This document shows, piece after piece, positions 24,713 to 37,651 of a stretch of 64,000 nucleotides of DNA. Position 1 is the first letter of the stretch, and each line of letters begins with the position of its first letter. The notes beneath the pieces were generated by a model. It was not told where the DNA came from and searched no databases. It saw only the letters and a program-made list of their open reading frames with translations. The translations under genes and the position numbers were made by a program. The DNA comes from Octopus sinensis (Eukaryota). Location: positions 94,426,001-94,490,000 of the forward strand of contig NC_043005.1 in the NCBI RefSeq assembly GCF_006345805.1, given 5' to 3'.

Positions 24713-25199
24713 ATATATATAAATCAAATAAAGGTAGAAATTGATATTAATCAATTAAAACCAGTAGCATAGCATATTTAAAAAGAATCCGAAGATTAAA
24801 AATTTTTCCATGCTAGATATAGACGTCAAAATCGCCATTTTCCACGAAGAATGTGTTCTCAAGAAAAAATTCAGCATAAGACCAAAGTGTAAAATTAAGC
24901 AAGACAAATGAAAATATTCGAAATAAAAAACGATTACCTACGTACTAATTAGTTTCACTTGTTAATATTTACGTAAACATCTGCAAGATCATCAGCATAG
25001 TCTGTCGTTTACGAAACAATTTCCAGAACTAGATACAGGGTGCTTAACCGAAATCCAGCATGTATAAAGTTCCACAAGTTATATTTATGTGTATCTTATA
25101 TATAAAACTTAGATAAAACTTAGATATGTTTCGACCAGAGATTGGTCCAGGCCATGTCTAACTTAATAGCACCACTTGATAGGATTATTCGAATCCTGT

Positions 25200-25539
25200 T
25201 TAAGTCAAGTTTTGTTCAAGTAGTGAGTTCTTGTTGGGTGAGTTGTATCCAATTATGGGTGGCTTATCTGGTATTCTTTGAAGGAATCTATCCAGACTCT
25301 GTTTAAAGTTGATGGGATCCTTTTCCTCTTTGATCTCCCTCGGGACAATGTTAAATAGGGCAGGGCCTGTTGAGGAAAAGAAATTATGTTGCAGTGTACA
25401 TGTATGTTGTGATCTTGAATTTGGCAGGGGACGTATGGCCCGTGGTCCAAGTCTTGGATGGACCTTGAAGCTAATGTTTAGGTCGTTTGGGCAAAGTTGG
25501 CGGTATATTTTCCACATCGTACAAATGATGTACCGCTCA
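25200..25539 (-). mobile_element. CR1-type LINE 3' fragment, cut by a Helitron
   Basis: ERYIICTMWKI..GPALFNIVPREIK..FKQSLDRFLQRIPDKP..GY..NSL. Homology stops at the CTAG of the next element. Confidence 0.75.
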
Positions 25540-25935
25540 CTAGCAGTATCGCCCGGCGTTGCTCGGGTTTGTAAGGGAAATAACTATATAAGCATTTTTA
25601 GAGAGTTATAGCCAAAAAATAGCAAACAAATGCATTAAAAATGGAAAAAAAATTAAGGTAATTTTTTTTTAAATCGTTGACACATCGTAGATATTTTTAG
25701 AGAGTTACTTCCCTTATATAATAGCGAAAAAATGCATTAAAATGGAAAAATATGATGGTCAATTTTTTAAAAATCGTAGACTCATCGTAGACGCGCGCTA
25801 ATACCCAGAAGGGCTCGATATGAATCACGACTATAAGATACCCGCTTTTGGTTAAACTGCACCGCAAAATGTGGGAGTAGTTACGAATCTAAATCGTAGG
25901 AGACAGACACACAACTTCACTTTTATATACAAAGA
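25540..25935 (-). mobile_element. Non-autonomous Helitron, family 1
   Basis: Minus strand 5' A|TC ... CCCGAGCAACGCCGGG hairpin-CTAG|T. Near-identical copy at 27046-27441. Confidence 0.8.
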
Positions 25936-26058
25936 TATAAGCCACGTAGTTATATACACATTCTTAAAAGAAAATGTTATTTTGAGCACAACATTTGTAA
26001 AGAATAAAATATTTTTTGGTTTTTCTTTTAAATGGATGCATACATTTATTAATAACTA

Positions 26059-27045
26059 TATATAAGTGTCGTCTGTTTATACATAAACACTGTTTCATAC
26101 TGCAATTATATATACATATATCTATATATAATATTATATAATATAATATATACAGAATATGTGTATATATTTATGTATGTATAAATATATACTGAAAGAA
26201 GCTCGGCTCGCCAATTAATACTACCAAAATTTAACGACAGAAAGTAAATTAAAAACCAATTTACCTTTTCTGTATTGTTATAGCAATTCAACCGTCCGTG
26301 TGTCTTTGCAAATGTGTTGGAATGAGAAGTGAGTTGTGTTTGGCGCCTTTTTTACTAATAACAAACACACACGTGTCTGTATGTAGTTGTTTGAAACGTT
26401 TGTGTTTGTCACTGTCATATATGTATGTGTATGCGTGTGTGTGAGGAATGACACACACATACTCACGCACGCACACATGTACATCAATGCTTTCGGAGTG
26501 AAATGTTAAAATATTGAGTTTTCTCGAATTTTGTCTTAATTGGGGGTAAAATTGAAAGAAATGTTGTATGGCATGACCCAATGGAAGTACTTTGAAAAAT
26601 CATGGGTAAACTCTAATTGAAGAAATTGTGTGAGGAGTAAATCGTTATGTATTTATTTGTTTCTGTTTGCTGTGTTGTTTTTTAGTAGTGGTTTAAGGTA
26701 CACTTCTCTCGTTTTATAGAAATAGTTTCACTTTAATCGTTGCACACTTGCAAAGAGAAAGGAGTAGAAATTAGAGTGATAGCGTGAGTGAAGCAGATCG
26801 CTCCCTTTTTGTGTGTGTGTGTGTGCGTGTGCCCACACTAAGAAAAGCACTTGCTTACACACCACAATGTGAGTTTTCTCTAAATTTTGCTTAATTGGGG
26901 TTGAAATTTTAAAAACTGGACCTGGCACGACCCGATTTATTCTACTCTTAAAAATGCTAGGTAAATTGTAATTGAAGAAATCCTATATTGTAGATTTCTA
27001 TAAGAGACAAAGGGAGGCAGATAAAATCTGCCTTTTATAATAAGA
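26059..27045 (-). mobile_element. Helitron-like element, family 2 (5' TCTTATTATAAAAGGCAG end)
   Basis: Homologous to 27743-28558. TC start with an AGGCAGAT-TTT-ATCTGCCT hairpin and an internal duplicated block. No CTAG end seen. Confidence 0.55.
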
Positions 27046-27441
27046 CTAGCAGTATCGCCCGGCGTTGCTCGGGTTTGTAAGGGAAATAACTATATAAGCA
27101 TTTTTAGAGAGTTATAGCCAAAAAATAGCAAACAAATGCATTAAAAATTGAAAAAAAATTAAGGTAAATTTTTTTTTAAATCGTTGACACATCGTAGATA
27201 TTTTTAGAGAGTTACTTCCCTTATATAAAAGCGAAAAAATGCATTAAAATGGAAAAATATGATGGTAAATTTTTTTTTAAATCGTAGACTCATCGTAGAC
27301 GCACGCTAATACCCAGAAGGGCTCGATATGAATCACGATTATAAGATACCCGCTTTTGGTTAAACTGCACCGCAAAATGTGGGAGTAGTTAGGAATCTAA
27401 ATCATAGGAGACAGACACACAACTTCACTCTTATATAAAGA
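27046..27441 (-). mobile_element. Non-autonomous Helitron, family 1
   Basis: TC...CTAG ends. Its CTAG is joined directly to the TC start of the family 2 element. Confidence 0.8.
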
Positions 27442-27742
27442 TGCTTTTTTTTTTCAGTCATAGAGTTAGATTTAGAAAATCCTTCGAATTCTGACTCGCT
27501 GCTTGATATAATGAAATTCGTATCCATTTTTTGTCAGAATTACAAATTTTGAAAAGACAATAGGAACAAATTTCGGAAAAAAATCTCCCATAATTCACGG
27601 AATTAAAATTACACTTCGATTTTTGTACAAAACTGTAGTTGAAGTGTTTACGAAGTATAATACGTGTTTTCACGAATGTACTAAAGAGATTTGCTCTGAT
27701 ATTCTCATTTAAATATGAATAGGTAAATTCGGGCGGCTTGGT

Positions 27743-28555
27743 AACTATATATAAGTGTCGTCTGTTTATACATAAACACTGTTTCATACTGCAATTATAT
27801 ATACATATATCTATATATAATATTATATAATAAAATATATACAGAGTAAAATAAAAACCAATTTACCTTTTCTGTCCGTCCGTATGTCTTTGCAAATGTG
27901 TTGGAATGATAAGTGAGTTGAGTTTTGGCGCCTTTTTTACTAATAACAAACACACACGTGTTTGTATGTAGTTGTATGTAGTTGTATATGTATGTGTATG
28001 CGTGTGTGTGAGGAATGACACACACACACTCACACACGCACACATGTACATCAATGCTTTCGGAGTGATATGTTAAAATATTGAGTTTTCTCGAATTTTG
28101 TCTTAATTGGTGGTAAAATTGAAAGAAATTTTTTATGGCATCACCCACTGAAGTACTCTGAAAAATCTTAGGTAAACTCTAATTGAAGAAATTGTGTATT
28201 TATTTGTTTTGTTTGCTGTGTTTTTTTATTTTTTGAGTAGTGGTTTAAATACTTTCACTTTAGTCTTCCTCAAATCACTCTGTCGCTATTTACTTTCATT
28301 TTATTCGTCGCACACTCTGTGTGTGCGTTTGCGTGTGGTGTAAACCAGACTAAGAAAAGCATTTGACACACACACCAGAATGTGAGTTTTCTGTAAATTT
28401 TGCTTAACTGGAGTTTAAATTTTAAAAACTGGACCTGGCATGACGCGATGCATTGTACTCTTAAAAATGCAAGGTAAATTGTAATTGAAGAAATCCTATA
28501 TTGTAGATTTCTATAACTCCCAAAGGGAGGCAGATAAAATCTGCCTTTTATAATA

Positions 28556-28558
<3 letters not shown>
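27743..28558 (-). mobile_element. Helitron-like element, family 2
   Basis: Homologous to 26059-27045. Its 5' end abuts (TA)n. Confidence 0.55.
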
Positions 28559-28629
<71 letters not shown>

Positions 28630-28673
28630 TATTATAAAAGGCAGATTTTATCTGCCTCCCTTTGGGAGTTATA
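28512..28673. repeat. Perfect 47-bp inverted repeat around (TA)n
   Basis: 28512-28558 is the exact reverse complement of 28627-28673. Confidence 0.9.
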
Positions 28674-28710
28674 TATACTTTATTTTAAGCAGCAGAAAAT
28701 TCAACAAAAT

Positions 28711-28748
28711 CTGTTACTCTGAGTTTCTCGTTGCCGTTCATCAGACAG
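28711..28748 (-). ncRNA. Minimal type I hammerhead ribozyme (inverted copy)
   Basis: Exact reverse complement of 31529-31566. Confidence 0.65.
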
Positions 28749-29995
28749 TTTTTGTTAGAATGGAACCGATATATCAATTCAATCTAGACTCTTACAAACG
28801 CTACACCTTTAAAAAGAAATGGACTTGTTTGATTGGCCCTTTAGAAAAAAAACGGTCAATCTTCGAGCGATAAACAAAAAGGTCAAAAATATATGTATAT
28901 ATATAAAAAAGCTTATAAAAATTATAAAATCCGAGGAAAAAAACCTTACATTGAATAAAATACATATTGACATTAATGAAGAAAGTATAAATTAATTCAT
29001 AGGAATTAAAACTGTTATAAATATTACACTGCAATACATATTTTTATTAAAATGTGCATATATATATCAACATACACAAAAAGGATGCGCGCCAACGCCA
29101 TACATATACAGACGTATGAATATAAATCTAAATATACACATAAATGCATGTGTACATATATACACGCAAAACCATCTCGCACGCAAGTTAAAAATCATGT
29201 ATGTAGCGATTCTCATATACTGAGTAAGGGGGGGGACGAAAGAAAGGAAGAGAGAGAAAAAGGAACGAAGGAGGGGTGGGGAAAAAACGAAATAAGAAAA
29301 AATTATGTATACAATCTGTGTAACGGCGTTATTGGCATATATGGAGACAAGTATACAAACAAGTTCGTATGGATACATACATACAGTCGTGTATATGTGT
29401 GCTTAAGCACAAACATACTCTCACTTACACATACACAGATACGCATGCTTACAAATACATATCCTCGGCTATACACATACTTACATCAACATTTTAATTT
29501 TGACAACATTGCTTTTTTTGAAAAAACATTGCTTTTTTTTAAAAGAATGGGTGCATTAATAAAAATATATACGAAAGACATATAAAATAAAATAACACTC
29601 TATTTTGGATCATTTATAAATAATCAAGGTAATATAAATAATCAAGGTAATCCTATACAATACAGTAACCTGAAAACAGGGTCGAAGGTTTTTTCTGATG
29701 TATATGTAGAAACATAAGACTTTGCTATACGGATTAAGATCCGCATAGCTTGGAAAACAAAATCCATTGTAGCGCTCATCGTTCAAGAGTCAAAATCAAA
29801 ATTTCAAAAATCAAAAATACAAAATATATACTCTATCCATATGGTATATTTATATTCGACATTTTAAATTTAGCCGCGTGCCTACATAAGTTCATTAGCT
29901 CGCTTCTTTGATTCAAAGAATTATTGTCTTTGAATAAGATGTACATTTTTCTAATAGACAAAGTTTGCACTTGAAATTATTTTTGTAAGCTCCAT

Positions 29996-30790
29996 AATGC
30001 TGCACCTTATTACGATAGCGCATTAAAGAATAGTGGATTCTCTGAGAAGATCCAGTTCAACCAGCTTAATGCTGATAATAATGTTGCACGAAGAACTAGG
30101 ATCAGGAAAGTTTTGTGGTTCAACCCGGCTTTCAATTTGGCCGTAAAGACTAATATAGGTAAGGAATTTTTGAGATTAGTCTCTAAGCATTTTAAGCAGG
30201 GTCATAAATTCTATAGGATTTTTAATAGAAGAACCCTAAAAGTTAGCTATTCTTGTTGCAGAAATTTCGCCTCTTACATTAGCCAACATAATAGGAAGCT
30301 AATTGAGATTAGACATGGTGCCGAGCCCATTAAGAAATGCAATTGCAAAAACGAAAGCTCCTGTCCGTTAGAAGGGAAATGTCTAGTGAAAGGAGTAGTT
30401 TATAGAGCCAAGGTGCAAGTGGAAGGCTCATCAGAATACAAGACATACACAGGGGCTTCAGAAAATTCATTTAAAACAAGATTTTATTCTCATAAAAATT
30501 CATTTAAGTACCCAGAGAATAGGAAGAAGACCAGCCTAGCAAAATGTGTCTGGGAACTAAAAGAAAAGGAAGCCCCACCTTTCAACGTGACATGGAGCAT
30601 TCTGGACAGGGCGGCACCATACAGGCATGGAGCTTACAAAAATAATTTCAAGTGCAAACTTTGTCTATTAGAAAAAATGTACATCTTATTCAAAGACAAT
30701 AATTCTTTGAATCAAAGAAGCGAGCTAATGAACTTATGTAGGCACGCGGCTAAATTTAAAATGTCGAATATAAATATACCATATGGATAG
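29996..30790 (+). CDS. Penelope RT thumb plus GIY-YIG endonuclease, 5'-truncated open frame
   Basis: NAAPYYDSALKNSGF..WFNPAFNLAVKTNIGKEFL..KVSYSC..CPLEGKCLVKGVVYRA..YTGASENSFKTRFYSH..CKLCLLEK..LNQRSELMNLCRH. Confidence 0.85.
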   Translation, partial: NAAPYYDSALKNSGFSEKIQFNQLNADNNVARRTRIRKVLWFNPAFNLAVKTNIGKEFLRLVSKHFKQGHKFYRIFNRRTLKVSYSCCRNFASYISQHNRKLIEIRHGAEPIKKCNCKNESSCPLEGKCLVKGVVYRAKVQVEGSSEYKTYTGASENSFKTRFYSHKNSFKYPENRKKTSLAKCVWELKEKEAPPFNVTWSILDRAAPYRHGAYKNNFKCKLCLLEKMYILFKDNNSLNQRSELMNLCRHAAKFKMSNINIPYG

Positions 30791-31528
30791 CCATGGCAGT
30801 GTATAGCCGTGGATATGTATTTGTAAGCATGCGTATCTGTGTATGTGTAAGTGAGAGTATGTTTGTGCTTAAGCACACATATACACGACTGTATGTATGT
30901 ATCCATACGAACTTGTTTGTATACTTGTCTCCATATATGCCAATAACGCCGTTACACAGATTGTATACATAATTTTTTCTTATTTCGTTTTTTCCCCACC
31001 CCTCCTTCGTTCCTTTTTCTCTCTCTTCCTTTCTTTCGTTCCCCCCCCTTACTCAGTATATGAGAATCGCTACATACATGATTTTTAACTTGCGTGCGAG
31101 ATGGTTTTGCGTGTATATATGTACACATGCATTTATGTGTATATTTAGATTTATATTCATACGTCTGTATATGTATGGCGTTGGCGCGCATCCTTTTTGT
31201 GTATGTTGATATATATATGCACATTTTAATAAAAATATGTATTGCAGTGTAATATTTATAACAGGTTTAATTCCTATGAATTAATTTATACTTTCTTCAT
31301 TAATGTCAATATGTATTTTATTCAATGTAAGGTTTTTTTCCTCGGATTTTATAATTTTTATAAGCTTTTTTATATATATATACATATATTTTTGACCTTT
31401 TTGTTTATCGCTCGAAGATTGACCGTTTTTTTCTAAAGGGCCAATCAAACAAGTCCATTTCTTTTTAAAGGTGTAGCGTTTGTAAGAGTCTAGATTGAAT
31501 TGATATATCGGTTCCATTCTAACAAAAA

Positions 31529-31566
31529 CTGTCTGATGAACGGCAACGAGAAACTCAGAGTAACAG
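31529..31566 (+). ncRNA. Minimal type I hammerhead ribozyme in the Penelope pseudo-LTR
   Basis: CUGU-CUGAUGA-A-CG(GCAA)CG-A-GAA-ACUC(A)GAGU-A-ACAG. Stem I is CUGU/ACAG and the cleavage triplet is GUA. Confidence 0.65.
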
Positions 31567-31668
31567 ATTTTGTTGAATTTTCTGCTGCTTAAAATAAAGC
31601 ATATTACTCTACCACTGGTATTTGAGTACTCTTTTTTCCACCTTGTTTCACATTTATGTCTTTACTCC

Positions 31669-31700
<32 letters not shown>

Positions 31701-31703
<3 letters not shown>

Positions 31704-32743
31704 TAATCATATCGCGGTTCACCTATCGCGCCCTCTGTGCATCGCGGATTTTTCTGGCTAATACATGTAAATTAATACTGTGGACTCCTCAGTATATCGC
31801 GGGTTTCTGCGGCCGGTAGGTATTTATATTTTTTTAGATTTCAATTATTTCTGTGGTAAAATAAGCATTTTCACGCCTAAAAATTAATAAATACGACCTG
31901 TCGTATGAGGGCGTAAAAATCGAATTCTTACCGCGGAACACACATTGCTGATCCAGCCTATGGATCAAGGTGTTATTCATGCTTTTAAGGCGATCTATAC
32001 AAAAAATTCCCTTCAACACCTGATCGAGGCTATTAGGTCGGATGATAATTTCTAGCTGAAGGAGTACTGGCGTGGGTACACCATTGCAAATATTCAGTAG
32101 GCCATAAAGATGATGTAGAACGAAACTTTGAATGCCAGCTGGAAGAAATTGTGGCCAGAAGCGGTCCACAACTATAAAGGATTCTCTCCTGACGAAATTC
32201 CCCACTCTGCAGTAGATAAGACAGTTGAAGCTGGCAAAATTATTAGGAGATAGCTTCACAGATATGACTACCGAGGACGTTAATAACCTGATCGAGGCTC
32301 ACTCAGGTCCGTTAACGGATGAAAATCTGACAGAGATGATGAAGCCAGCAAAAAGATCCAAAGGAAGAAGACGTCGGCATATCACTAGAACGCCACTCAA
32401 CAAAACAGCAAAAGAACTTTAAAGAATGGCAGAAGATTAGGACCCCAGGTGATTCGTGTGTTGCAGTTCAGAAATGCAATCGACGTAGCCATGGCAGTTT
32501 ATAAAACCCCCCTTACACAGAAGAAAGGCACCGCCAGCAACTGCCTATCATAATGTTCCTCAGACAAAGAGAAGACACGGGTACTCCTAAGAGTTTATAA
32601 AAGTTTAAATATTTAAAAATGATAAAATAAATATATAAAAATAATTTTAAGAAAATATACAGTACATACTGTCTTTATTTCGCGGATTTTCACATATAGC
32701 GGGGAATTTTGGAACGTAACGCGCCATAGTAGCAGGATTACTG
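31701..32743 (+). mobile_element. pogo/Tigger-like DNA transposon relic
   Basis: TA|CAGTAATC ... GATTACTG|TA termini. QPMDQGVIHAFKAIY motif. Confidence 0.8.
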
Positions 32744-32820
32744 TATACACACACACACACACACACATATATATGTGTGTACCGATGGCGATTTTTTTCC
32801 TCTGTCTTTCCTTTTCCTAT

Positions 32821-32855
32821 GTTTCTGACGAAGAGCTCCGCTCGAAACGTTAAAC
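32821..32855 (+). ncRNA. Minimal hammerhead ribozyme in a Penelope pseudo-LTR fragment (about 32780-32940)
   Basis: GUUU-CUGACGA-A-GAGC(UCC)GCUC-GAAAC-GU-U-AAAC with a palindromic AACGUU stem III. A related downstream fragment lies at about 11954-12025. Confidence 0.65.
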
Positions 32856-32938
32856 CCTCCTTCTTTCCTGAGCGTCCAATAACACTATACTTGTTTCACG
32901 TCCTCGCGTTGTTGTGTTTTCTCTTTGTTTGGATTAAC

Positions 32939-32982
<44 letters not shown>

Positions 32983-33864
32983 TAAGCCTCAATATATGGA
33001 TTCCGGTAGTACTCATAAAAAAGACTCCTTGATGTATCATTCTACAAACATATAGAATATATAGTACGATATTTACTTATATATTTGAACCTTTAATCTT
33101 TAATTTAATGTTGTTCATATTTTTCTCTTTAATATCAAACTCAATATTTAGCAAACTCTGTCTCTGTGAATGATAAATATATGATTTTCCTCTTGTTATA
33201 ACGAAACCATCTAATAATTATTTCTTAATATCTGAAATTCCCCTTCTCCTCGAAGAAACCTGACTTATTAATTTATATTAATTTTATTCTTTATTGTCTT
33301 CTACACTTTCTATGAATTCTTAAAAAATCTATGATTTTTCAAAAACAATTAATATCGTTCATATTTTTCTTGTCGATATTAATCCCTGTATTTCGTAAAC
33401 ATTGTCTCTAAATATTTTTTATTAAGTTTCAGCTTGTTATCATTATTTTTTTCTCTCTTCTTTTACTTTTTACGATCTTTTATTTTCTAGATTTTTAGTA
33501 ATAAATATATCTATTTTCTTTTATTATACTAATAATATCTACTAGTCACTTTTTAATTATATTACTAAAATTCCCTTCCATTTATTAGACAATCGACTTA
33601 TCATTTTATATTAATTTTACTATTAGTGACTTCCATAATCTTTAACGTTCTATTTACATATTGACTTTGCGTTCTTTAAACATTACGTCGAGATTTTAGT
33701 ATTTAACAAAGATTTTCTTTTAGTTGTGCATTGTTTTAAAAGTTGCTTTTTGCATTTTGCATAATGCAGACATGGAAGTAATTTATTTATTATCAGATAT
33801 AATAATACAAATTATCTTTATAAGCTTTATGTTACGAAACAATTTGTTATAATATTTGTCCCAC

Positions 33865-34385
33865 TCCCGCACTATACGGCCGTTATATTGACGACTGTAT
33901 CGGTGCGACCTAATTCTCCCGCGATCATCTAGACTCTCCTTCCTCTCTTTCGTCAAATCTTTCCATCCTGCACTATCTCTGACACCTCTGTCTCCTTTCT
34001 TGACATTTCGATCAGCATTCATCACTCCACTCTCACCACCTGCATCCACTACAAACACACAGACTCACACTCATACCTCAACTTCTCTTCTTCCTACTCT
34101 AAACACACCAAGCTTTCCATCCCCTATTCCCAATTCCTCCATCTACTCAGGCTTTGCAGTGACGACCATGACTTTGAGACTCAGTCTCAACTCATGGTTC
34201 ACCACTTCATCATACATGGATATCCCCTCACCACTATCCACACCGCCACAGCCAGAGCACGTTCCGTGGACCGTGCATCTGCTCTCTCCTCCCGCACACA
34301 CCCCTCCATTTCACACATCTTCCCTAACCGACCCCTCCCCTCCTTCAAACGAGCCCACAACCTACGAGACCTCTTGGTCCACCCA
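33865..34385 (+). mobile_element. Penelope-like RT relic
   Basis: YGRYIDDCIGAT..PFLDISI..HYKHTDSHSYL..SIPYSQFL..GYP..FKRAHNLRDLLV. Confidence 0.8.
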
Positions 34386-35376
34386 GACGTAACATCACCC
34401 TGTCAACACCAGGCGATCTCAATTGGTGTTAGCGGGGTGGAGGCGAAATAGCTATGGATACTGTCTTTCTTCGGCAATGTGAAGAATAATATGAACTTGC
34501 TCTTTCTATGGCGTCAACAGAGAAAGAAAACGGTTTTCAATTATCTGAAAATGACCGAAGCAGCACTTCACCGTTCTCTCCTCTATTTCGTTGACATGTT
34601 GCATCATTTTCAAATTTAATTAAGAAGCATTTTTTTCTCTGTATGAGAAATACCTCTTGGAATCAATCGATAAATCAATAAATCAGTAATCAATACCGAG
34701 ACAATATTTATTCTTTCAAGAGCTTAACAACAATTTATACCAAGATATTAATAAATTCATTTCAGTGGTAAAAGAATCAGATTTCATCCGTTTATTTGGT
34801 CTTCGGAGAATTTGGGTGACATATGTTTCATCACCACTAGCAACAATAATTAAGGTGCTGACAATGATGATGATGACAATTGAAATATAAAAATATAAAA
34901 ATCTCTGACAAAGGCTATTTACAACATTTCTAAAAATAGCCCAACAATTGCTGCCTCGGCCAGGGTTAAGATACATGACTCTTGACATGTCCAACAAAGC
35001 GTGACGCCTAAACCAATCAGCTCAACCAACTAATCAGCTTAAGTAATTGAGTGATACTACACACTGATTGGTCAGAATACAGTTTGCAAAACCTAGCAAT
35101 CTGGAGTATTTAAGGCACAGATTCAATCATCTCGCTACAGTCAAAAATTGTGAAGCATGACTGTCACCACTACTACATGAACCTGAAGATTGCAGAATTT
35201 AATGCATGAAAGTACTAATTCAATCAGAATGAACATTTAACATTCTATTATTTTATTTTATTTTATTATATTATATTATCTTATATCATTATAAGATTGT
35301 AAATAAAACGTGAAAATCAGACAAGGCTGGAATTCCTTTTATTAATATATTCTTCTATACACAATCACACACACCC

Positions 35377-35448
<72 letters not shown>

Positions 35449-36343
35449 CATATACGGCAAGAAGAAATTGGAGGGGATCCAGAGGTAGTATGCATCAACT
35501 GTTCGACATTATATTATGTCTATATATTTTAAAGAATTATGAGAATATATATATATATATATATACGTATGTAAAGATTGTGTATTACATACATAAGTAC
35601 CCACCCTTCCTAACGCATGAAATATGTATGTCTATGTGTGTGTATGTATGTTTTTAATTTAATTTAATTATTTTATAATTATTATATGTGAACTAATATC
35701 TAAAAGTATTAAGTGTGATTGTTTTGTAAAATAGTTTGTAACGTAAAATATTATAGCTAGTGAAAAGATATTCTATAGTTTGTTTAATGTTGTTCTCAAA
35801 GCTAAATTATGTCTTCACAGATAAATACATTTTTCTTTTATCTAATCTATTTTTCACCTTAGGTTTTTAACATGATAAATGTATTATAGACACCTGGTCC
35901 TACTTTTTAAGTTTCAAATTTAGTTAACGGAGTTTCTTCTCTTAGAAAAATCATGATTTTATTTCTTCAAGAAATATTGTTTCATTCTATTTGATTATTT
36001 ATTTAACTATTATTGTTATTATTGTTGACCTGAGAAGTGACTATATTTTTAAATAGAATTTAATTGTAATTCGAATTGAAGTCATAGCCACGAAACGTAC
36101 GTAGTTTTTACTTTTTGTGATCTAGTTATATGTTTTATAATATATTTTATTTTTTCTTTATGATTTGGTTTATGTCTATTGATACGAGCAGGTCAGCAGG
36201 GACACTTCTATGACCTACTTTGCTTGGCTTGGAGACTGAAAGTCTACAATGTAAAGTTATAGTCCTTTGTTCACGAAAGAGTGATGGCTTTTGGAAGGAC
36301 CCCTACCCTTTTGCCGGTCAAGGAAGGGTCAAAGAAACTACCT

Positions 36344-36376
36344 TATAAAAAGGAGCTGTAAGTCTGTAGGTCAGTT
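36344..36376 (+). promoter_or_regulatory. TATA box plus TCAGT initiator-like motif (possibly inside a solo LTR)
   Basis: TATAAAA at 36344 and TCAGTT at 36371, with the A at +29. Confidence 0.4.
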
Positions 36377-37343
36377 CCAGCCGAGAGATTGGGGTAGTAA
36401 CATGGCGGACGGGATTACGAGAAAGACAGACACACAGTCATGAGAGATGACAGGCGAGAGTATGACAGTAGAGCGAGGGGATGAGGGGCCGAGGAAGACA
36501 TACGATAGGATTAAGCAGTTAATAGAGATGGACTACGGTGTGAGGCATTGGCTGTTGTATGGTATGTGTTTAATTATGTATTGATATGTGAATTGAGTAA
36601 AGGACTTGTTGATGTGTTCATTATTGAGTTGTGGTATTTATGTTCAGAATTGTTGTGGAAAAGAAATGAGACAGTAAAAAGACATTGTGAATTAAGGAAA
36701 GAAAAAAAGAATTGTATTGATACGTGTTACAAAAAAAAAAAAGAGAAAGAAGAAAGAGAGAAAAAGAAAGACTCTGATATAGTCTTTAAAGACTGAAAAG
36801 AACTCTGAACTGTATCGTTAATGTGTACGTTAATTGTAACGTGAATTATTTGTGACATGAACATTGTATAATGTATTGATTTGTTGTTTTCTTTAAATGC
36901 TGTTGTTATATTGCATCTGCATGCTGTTGATTCTGTTGCTTGTACTTACCTTGATTTACCTGATGTATCACATTGTATTTGTTGTAATAGTCATATAAAC
37001 TAGTAGGTTAAATGTAAGCTGATTGCCTCTATGTCTCTTCCTGCTGCTGTTGTCTCTCTCCTCTCTGAGTTCCGTGGCGAATTCGCCAATCGATCGAGCC
37101 TGGTCAATCGTCGTCGCTCGACTTGTTGGGATCCCGGGTTCGAGTTCGAGCGACGGCAGGTGGGATTCCGTAACAACTTTCGGAGGTCCGTAACCCTATC
37201 ATTGTTTGAATTACATAATAATGGTTTTTCTCTAATTTATATATATTATATATTTATATTGTGAAAATTGATTTAATACTAAATTGAATTTTTCCCTGTA
37301 AGCTTGGAATTATACTCCTTAATATTATATATATTCTTTTATT

Positions 37344-37597
37344 CTTTTATTCGTTTCAGTCATTTGACTGCTGCTATGCGGGAGTACCACCTTTAGTCGA
37401 GTAAATCGACCCCAGGACTTGTAAGCCTAATACTTATTCTATCGGTGTTTTTTACCGAACCGCTACATTACGGGGACGTAAACACAACAGCATTGTTTGT
37501 CAAGCGATGGTGGGGGTACAAACACAGACACACAAGCATATACACACACATACATATGCATATATACATGCATGCATGCATACATACATACATACAT

Positions 37598-37651
<54 letters not shown>

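Larger units (their letters stand above)
28678..31599 (+). mobile_element. Penelope-like element with a 5' inverted pseudo-LTR
   Basis: 28678-29476 and 29836-29995 are reverse complements of about 30800-31599 and 30627-30788. The sense copy starts near 29996. Confidence 0.85.

Noticed and set aside
25121-25155. GACCA-ATCTC-TGGTC-GAAAC (minus) as a hammerhead
   Set aside because: It lacks CUGANGA.
33050-33800. G-poor strand-skewed tract, considered as a hypermutated LINE
   Set aside because: No convincing protein motifs; the adjacent coding signal belongs to a plus-strand Penelope RT.
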